A stretch of 64,000 nucleotides of DNA. It comes from a virus. How positions within the stretch are numbered: position 1 is the stretch's first letter; every line of letters begins with the position of its first letter. Under the pieces are notes generated by a model, which did no database searches, was not told where the DNA came from, and was given only the letters and a program-made list of their open reading frames with translations. The stretch is from positions 9,748 through 73,747 of IMG/VR virus record IMGVR_UViG_3300025425_000010; one strand, written 5' to 3'. This document shows, one piece after another, positions 59,543-64,000 of this stretch. Made by a program: the position numbers and the translations under genes.

Positions 59543-59986
59543 ATGTGTGAAACAAATTCGGTATTATGCGAAACATCAAGTATGTCAGATCAAATCATAT
59601 ATAATCTTGATCCAATTAGACGAGCACAGGAGTTAGATTATAATCAGGTCAAAATTGAGACGGTGGAATTTACCTTTTTTGAAGATAAATTATTTCTGGT
59701 GTTATATGATGATATCTCATATTACATAAAACAGTATTTACTTGATTTAGAGAATGATATTTATGATACGAGACATGATATAGTATATGCTTGTCTTGAG
59801 AAGAGATATATTGGATTGGATGTAGAGTTACTTGATAAGATAGCTAATAATTCCAGTACATCACTATCACATGCAATCAATAACGCCTTGGATGAGGTTG
59901 ATAGGATTCTGAAACCATTGGTAATACCTCGTAGGGAACGAAAGGAGAGGGAAGACAAGCTTAATTCGATTCTTCGAGGTGAGTAG
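59543..59986 (+). CDS. Hypothetical protein with C-terminal tag
   Basis: Ends REDKLNSILRGE. Confidence 0.6.
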   Translation: MCETNSVLCETSSMSDQIIYNLDPIRRAQELDYNQVKIETVEFTFFEDKLFLVLYDDISYYIKQYLLDLENDIYDTRHDIVYACLEKRYIGLDVELLDKIANNSSTSLSHAINNALDEVDRILKPLVIPRRERKEREDKLNSILRGE

Positions 59987-60434
59987 TCAACTCATCAATT
60001 AAAACCCTCTGTTGGTCTTCTATCTTATTATAAGCTTTGTCTAGTTTGAAGAATTTAGCTTCATATATTTCATCTCTGTCAAATCTAGATTTCTTTATAT
60101 CCCATCCTTTGAGATACTTCTGTATATCTTCTTTGTTGAGTCTGTATAGATAGGCTGTTAGTTTCTTATCAACACCATTCTTACGGTATTTAGCTTTTAA
60201 CTTGGATTCGAAATTCTTATGTATTTTGATACCAGTTTCTTCTCTGAGTTCGTGTAATGCAGACTTTAAAACGTTGCCCTCAACATGTCCTTTGGGTATA
60301 GACCACTTATTTTTCTGACCTTTAAACTTCTTTGGGCTAACTAGTAATATACGGTCTTCGATTAGTATGATTACACCGGATAGCTTGTGTACTTCTCTTG
60401 ATTTAAACTTTTCATATAACGAGATAAACTCCAT
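59961..60434 (-). CDS. Nudix hydrolase with leader
   Basis: WSIPKGHVE..ALHELREETG; leader MEFISLYEKF. Confidence 0.85.
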   Translation of the reverse strand: MEFISLYEKFKSREVHKLSGVIILIEDRILLVSPKKFKGQKNKWSIPKGHVEGNVLKSALHELREETGIKIHKNFESKLKAKYRKNGVDKKLTAYLYRLNKEDIQKYLKGWDIKKSRFDRDEIYEAKFFKLDKAYNKIEDQQRVLIDELTTHLEESN

Positions 60435-60485
60435 GTTGTATATATCTTAGATTATATATCAACTGTTGTTATATTAATTGATAAA

Positions 60486-61073
60486 TTATAATAATAAATC
60501 ATTCAATTTTCGACCACGAACTATTTGTGTTGGTCCTTCATAATCGGGATATAAATTGTTTGGGTTTCCTAGAAAAGTATAAACATTCTTTTGAATTTCA
60601 TCACTATTTAGTAATTTTTTTGATTTTGTTAATAATTTATTGTTGTATTTGTAGTAATATATACTATTTTCCTCATATACTTTAACGTAATATTTACCTG
60701 ATTGTGCAAGGCAAAAACGTCTATTCCATGGGAAATCATTACTAACCCTCATTAAAAAAAATATTATTGTGGATACAAATATATATAATGATATAAACAC
60801 TTGACGAATAGTATGCTCAATTATGGTGAATGAATTACTTTCAGGGTCTAAGTATCCTATGGATTTTTCAGTGATTTTTATTTTATTGTTTAGGTTATAG
60901 GCAATGTATTCAACACCACTCAGATTATGTGTAAATTCACCAACGACATCATATTTATGTGGTTGTTTGGATGATTTTAGTAGTATTATTGAGCAAATTA
61001 ATATACTTAAAATCGTTAAAACCTTACCCCAGTTATAATGTAAGAAATATTTTAAGAAGTGTAGTCTTTTCAT
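60486..61073 (-). CDS. Two-TM membrane protein with C-terminal tag
   Basis: Ends RGRKLNDLLL. Confidence 0.6.
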   Translation of the reverse strand: MKRLHFLKYFLHYNWGKVLTILSILICSIILLKSSKQPHKYDVVGEFTHNLSGVEYIAYNLNNKIKITEKSIGYLDPESNSFTIIEHTIRQVFISLYIFVSTIIFFLMRVSNDFPWNRRFCLAQSGKYYVKVYEENSIYYYKYNNKLLTKSKKLLNSDEIQKNVYTFLGNPNNLYPDYEGPTQIVRGRKLNDLLL

Positions 61074-61202
61074 TCTTGTTCAGTAATTCCAACTAAGTAT
61101 TTCTTGATATCATCGCTAGTTACCTTAGAAAAAGGAATCCCGGTAGCCTCAGATACTTCTTCTATTATTTTTTTCATGTTGCTCATGTTGTGAATATAAG
61201 GA

Positions 61203-61544
61203 TTATTTTAAAATTTCTGTTAATTTTTTATCTCGATAGTATGGTTTAAGGCCCATAGGTACACCTTTTAATAGATATTTTCTCATTCTCGTACCAAGTG
61301 GTTTAGAACCATGATTTACATCGAATAGTATTTTTGACGTACCCTCATACACATCAATAACATTGTCTAGATTTACCCAGTATATGATTGTTTCATCGTG
61401 TAGTGTTGCTTGGCTACTACCATCGGATAATCTATCTATAACCCATCCATTAAATTGATCCAATGGCATTATCACATTGAATTGAGTTACTTCTTTCATA
61501 TAATCGAAAGAGAATGAATAGATATCACCCGGATTATATTTCAT
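61203..61544 (-). CDS. Hypothetical protein with C-terminal tag
   Basis: Ends RDKKLTEILK. Confidence 0.6.
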   Translation of the reverse strand: MKYNPGDIYSFSFDYMKEVTQFNVIMPLDQFNGWVIDRLSDGSSQATLHDETIIYWVNLDNVIDVYEGTSKILFDVNHGSKPLGTRMRKYLLKGVPMGLKPYYRDKKLTEILK

Positions 61545-61554
61545 AATTGAATTA

Positions 61555-61821
61555 CTATGCACTGAGAGCTGATATTAACAAGAATAAGATAATGCCTATG
61601 ACAAGTGATTGTTTACCCCATTGATTCATTTTCCATATGAAGTCTGAGGTATGACAGGACATTTCATAAGACTGTCCCGTAGATTTAGCATATATCCAGG
61701 TGAGTCCGAGAGTAGCTACTGAGGACACTCCGATTATTATGATAATAACTATCCCGAAAATGAGAGTCAATACGAGAATTATTAATCCAATCTTCCAAAT
61801 CTTACTTAGTAAATTTTCCAT
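61555..61821 (-). CDS. Small membrane protein
   Basis: Hydrophobic helices. Confidence 0.55.
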   Translation of the reverse strand: MENLLSKIWKIGLIILVLTLIFGIVIIIIIGVSSVATLGLTWIYAKSTGQSYEMSCHTSDFIWKMNQWGKQSLVIGIILFLLISALSA

Positions 61822-61851
61822 AGTATAAATGTACGGATAATATACCAACCA

Positions 61852-62373
61852 TCAAAGTCGGATAATCTTATCGTACTTTTCTAACTTAGGGTCGATAGGT
61901 TGAGTTGAATCAATTAACTCTTTCATCAGGTTCTTCTTGATTGATTTCTTCTCGGCTATAAATCGTGATTTGTTTCTTATATCATACTCATCGTCTTCTA
62001 AAATTGGAAAGATAACGGCAATCTTATAGAATTTCTTACTGAAGAAACCTAGGTTAGAACGTCTTCTCTTACCTCTGAGGTTTGTAAAGTCGATAACGGT
62101 GTTCTCACTGGCTTCGTTACATTCTCTCATTTGGTCTTTGACATACTTCTTTATGAATTTCCAGTCAGCTTCTTTCCATGCTCGGTCATAATCACCATCA
62201 CCAACTTTATCGAGTTCGAGTACGAGATTATCTGTTGAGATGTGTCTGAATGTGTCAGGTATTAGAACAGTATTTAAGAAAGTAGTTTTTCCGCTCAATG
62301 GTGGTCCGATAAGGATCATAACATATGGCTTATCTAGTCTTTCTACTAATTTTCTAATTTCTCCTGGATACAT
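61852..62373 (-). CDS. Polynucleotide kinase-like P-loop protein (AAA_33)
   Basis: GPPLSGKTT, ISTD, VIDFTN..RR. Confidence 0.75.
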   Translation of the reverse strand: MYPGEIRKLVERLDKPYVMILIGPPLSGKTTFLNTVLIPDTFRHISTDNLVLELDKVGDGDYDRAWKEADWKFIKKYVKDQMRECNEASENTVIDFTNLRGKRRRSNLGFFSKKFYKIAVIFPILEDDEYDIRNKSRFIAEKKSIKKNLMKELIDSTQPIDPKLEKYDKIIRL

Positions 62374-62395
62374 AACTCTATAAAGGTACTATTTT

Positions 62396-62905
62396 TTAAC
62401 TATATAACCAACTGATGGCGATTATTGTTTTAGCATCCATGAAGAGTTCGGGGTTTAGTTGATCCATCTCTAAATATAATATGTCAATTTCTTCATTCTC
62501 GGAAGCTAATCCACCACCTTCTTCAATCTGATTAGATACTTCACAGTAATATACTGTTAGCTTCTCTGTGTTTCCACCAGGTGATACATAGAATTCGCTT
62601 ATCTTCTCGATGGAGTCGGTTTCATATCCGATTTCTTCTAAGATTTCTCTCTTCATAGCCTCTACTGGATCTTCGCCTGGGTGGTCTAATGTACCAGCAA
62701 CAATCTCAACAACATCTTGTGATGCTCCTGGTCTAAATTGTGATACTAATATGTATCTATCCTTGATAGTGTCATATACTAAGGCTGAAACAGCGTCAGG
62801 TCGTACCATAACTTCACGTTGAACCGTTTCTCCTGATTTTGTTTCTACATCAAGTTCTTCGATTGATAGAAATCCTTTATATTTTACTCTTCTGTTTTTA
62901 ATCAT
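62396..62905 (-). CDS. Nudix hydrolase (ADP-ribose pyrophosphatase-like)
   Basis: QFRP, EIVAG..GE..AMKREILEEIG, SPGG, DAKT. Confidence 0.9.
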   Translation of the reverse strand: MIKNRRVKYKGFLSIEELDVETKSGETVQREVMVRPDAVSALVYDTIKDRYILVSQFRPGASQDVVEIVAGTLDHPGEDPVEAMKREILEEIGYETDSIEKISEFYVSPGGNTEKLTVYYCEVSNQIEEGGGLASENEEIDILYLEMDQLNPELFMDAKTIIAISWLYS

Positions 62906-63285
62906 GTTATTAATCCTTTTAGTGTTTTTTCACGCCTTTGTTGTTTGATAAGTTCTTTACTGAACGCAGATTTTAATATACTGCGTATGTGTATTTTATT
63001 ATTGACAAATCCTTCATTTACTTGAATATATGCACCGGTTTCCGCATCACCAAGATTAAAGTTACAATATACTTCATAATCACTAAATCCAAATATATTT
63101 GAAGAGGATATGAATGGGTATTGTACATTCGTTTTAATAATTGGATCAATTTCTTCTTTTAAATATCTTCTAATTATACCTCTGACTTTCCAACGCTCAT
63201 ATAGTGTTGTTTTGAGTATGATAATACCAACAGTTTCAATAACTAGGTATATGATAGATATTAATATGATATTACTTAGTATCAA
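62902..63285 (-). CDS. Membrane-anchored protein with C-terminal tag
   Basis: Ends REKTLKGLIT. Confidence 0.55.
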   Translation of the reverse strand: MILSNIILISIIYLVIETVGIIILKTTLYERWKVRGIIRRYLKEEIDPIIKTNVQYPFISSSNIFGFSDYEVYCNFNLGDAETGAYIQVNEGFVNNKIHIRSILKSAFSKELIKQQRREKTLKGLIT

Positions 63286-63541
63286 TTGTGTTTTCTTTGC
63301 TTAGTTGTTCAAAGTCATTCTCAAAAAGGTTCTGTCTCATAAACCACTTCTCTGATTTACCAGTTTTTGTAGTAACATTAACTTCCATTATAAACATACC
63401 TTGGTGAACTTACATAAGCATCATCAATTGTAGAACATTTACAGTAATCATTATCATCACACTCACATTCCGTGTGGTTACTTGATTCGTAATCAAATAA
63501 ATATTTTACGTCTATTTTACCTATTTCAATTTTCATAATAA

Positions 63542-63877
63542 TCAAATGTACGTATAATTATCTATCTTTAGTAAATTAACCAGTGTCATATTTCTAAAAG
63601 CTCTCATAATCGCCTCATTAACTTCACCGGTTGTGTGTGTTTTAAATTTATCTATATCGGATATATACATGTCTACATACACTGTTTTGTTGTTAGTGTG
63701 TTCTAATTCAATTGCGTTGGTTACTTCTGTCCAATATCCATTGGTTTTCATTTCTGACTTTAAATATACGTTAGTTTTATTATGTGGTATTCTTTCCCAA
63801 TCCATAACATTTACAGATTCCACATCATTATTGACTCTATTATATTTATAAGTTATTTTATGTAGGTATTTTTCCAT
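63542..63877 (-). CDS. Hypothetical protein with tag-like C-terminus
   Basis: RNMTLVNLL. Confidence 0.55.
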   Translation of the reverse strand: MEKYLHKITYKYNRVNNDVESVNVMDWERIPHNKTNVYLKSEMKTNGYWTEVTNAIELEHTNNKTVYVDMYISDIDKFKTHTTGEVNEAIMRAFRNMTLVNLLKIDNYTYI

Positions 63878-63896
63878 GTTTTTGTTTTAAAAATGA

Positions 63897-64000
63897 GAAG
63901 TGGGTGAGCTTAATCGGGATCCTGTTCTATCCTAACATTTAACTACATTCCGAAGAATGTCCTCGTTAGAGGTGCCTTAACCCGACCATTATAGTGAAAC
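63897..64000 (-). ncRNA. RNase P RNA-like gene, 3' portion (continues beyond the window)
   Basis: Minus strand reads ...GUCGGGUUAAGGCAC...UAGUUAAAUGUUAGGAUAGAACAGGAUCCCGAUUAAGCUCACCCAC. This resembles rnpB CGGGUAGGCUGC...UAGAUGAAUGA...ACAGAACCCGGCUUA. Confidence 0.55.

Noticed and set aside
958-63851. Many overlapping opposite-strand ORFs in the track (e.g. 2278-2637, 3282-3665, 29414-29878, 41110-41517, 50289-50849)
   Set aside because: Shadow frames of well-supported genes; Ser/Phe/Ile-rich and without motifs.
1-64000. Genome-wide stop-codon reassignment (TAG or TGA)
   Set aside because: Long conserved genes are uninterrupted under code 11, TAG and TGA end genes at expected positions, and the few internal stops are of three different types.

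Overview
An AT-rich, gene-dense segment of a large (jumbo, T4-like gene content) phage genome. Repeated TTTG-N19-21-TAnnTTTG promoters and a Bacteroidota-type ClpP N-terminus point to a Bacteroidota host. Recognisable genes include both type IIA topoisomerase subunits (A subunit with a mini-intein), T4-type RNase H, a clamp-loader small subunit, NusG, a Dam-like methylase, a MoxR AAA+ ATPase and a DUF2201/VWA protein, a rhomboid protease, a lysozyme, Nudix hydrolases and many homing-endonuclease-like genes. A tRNA maturation/repair set is also present: a split CCA-adding enzyme, two 2H phosphoesterases, Rnl1, a PNK-like kinase, a PTH2-like gene, a tRNA-like gene and a probable RNase P RNA 3' end. 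The strongest unexplained signal is two mutually exclusive peptide tags. About 26 unrelated, mostly hypothetical proteins end in R-x-x-K-[LI]-x-x-[LI]-[LI]. About 17 others start with a T4 capsid-targeting-like M-x-(H/Y/F)-(L/I)-K-x-F-x-E/INE leader, often behind an AATATATA motif. Other notable items: a PTH2-like gene with an amber codon at codon 5 just downstream of a CUA-containing tRNA-like gene, a perfect 98-bp inverted repeat between two divergent endonuclease paralogs, a shuffling LRR gene array, a catalytically dead terminase paralog, and a leader-TnpB chimera. All calls come from motif reading only; no database searches were run.
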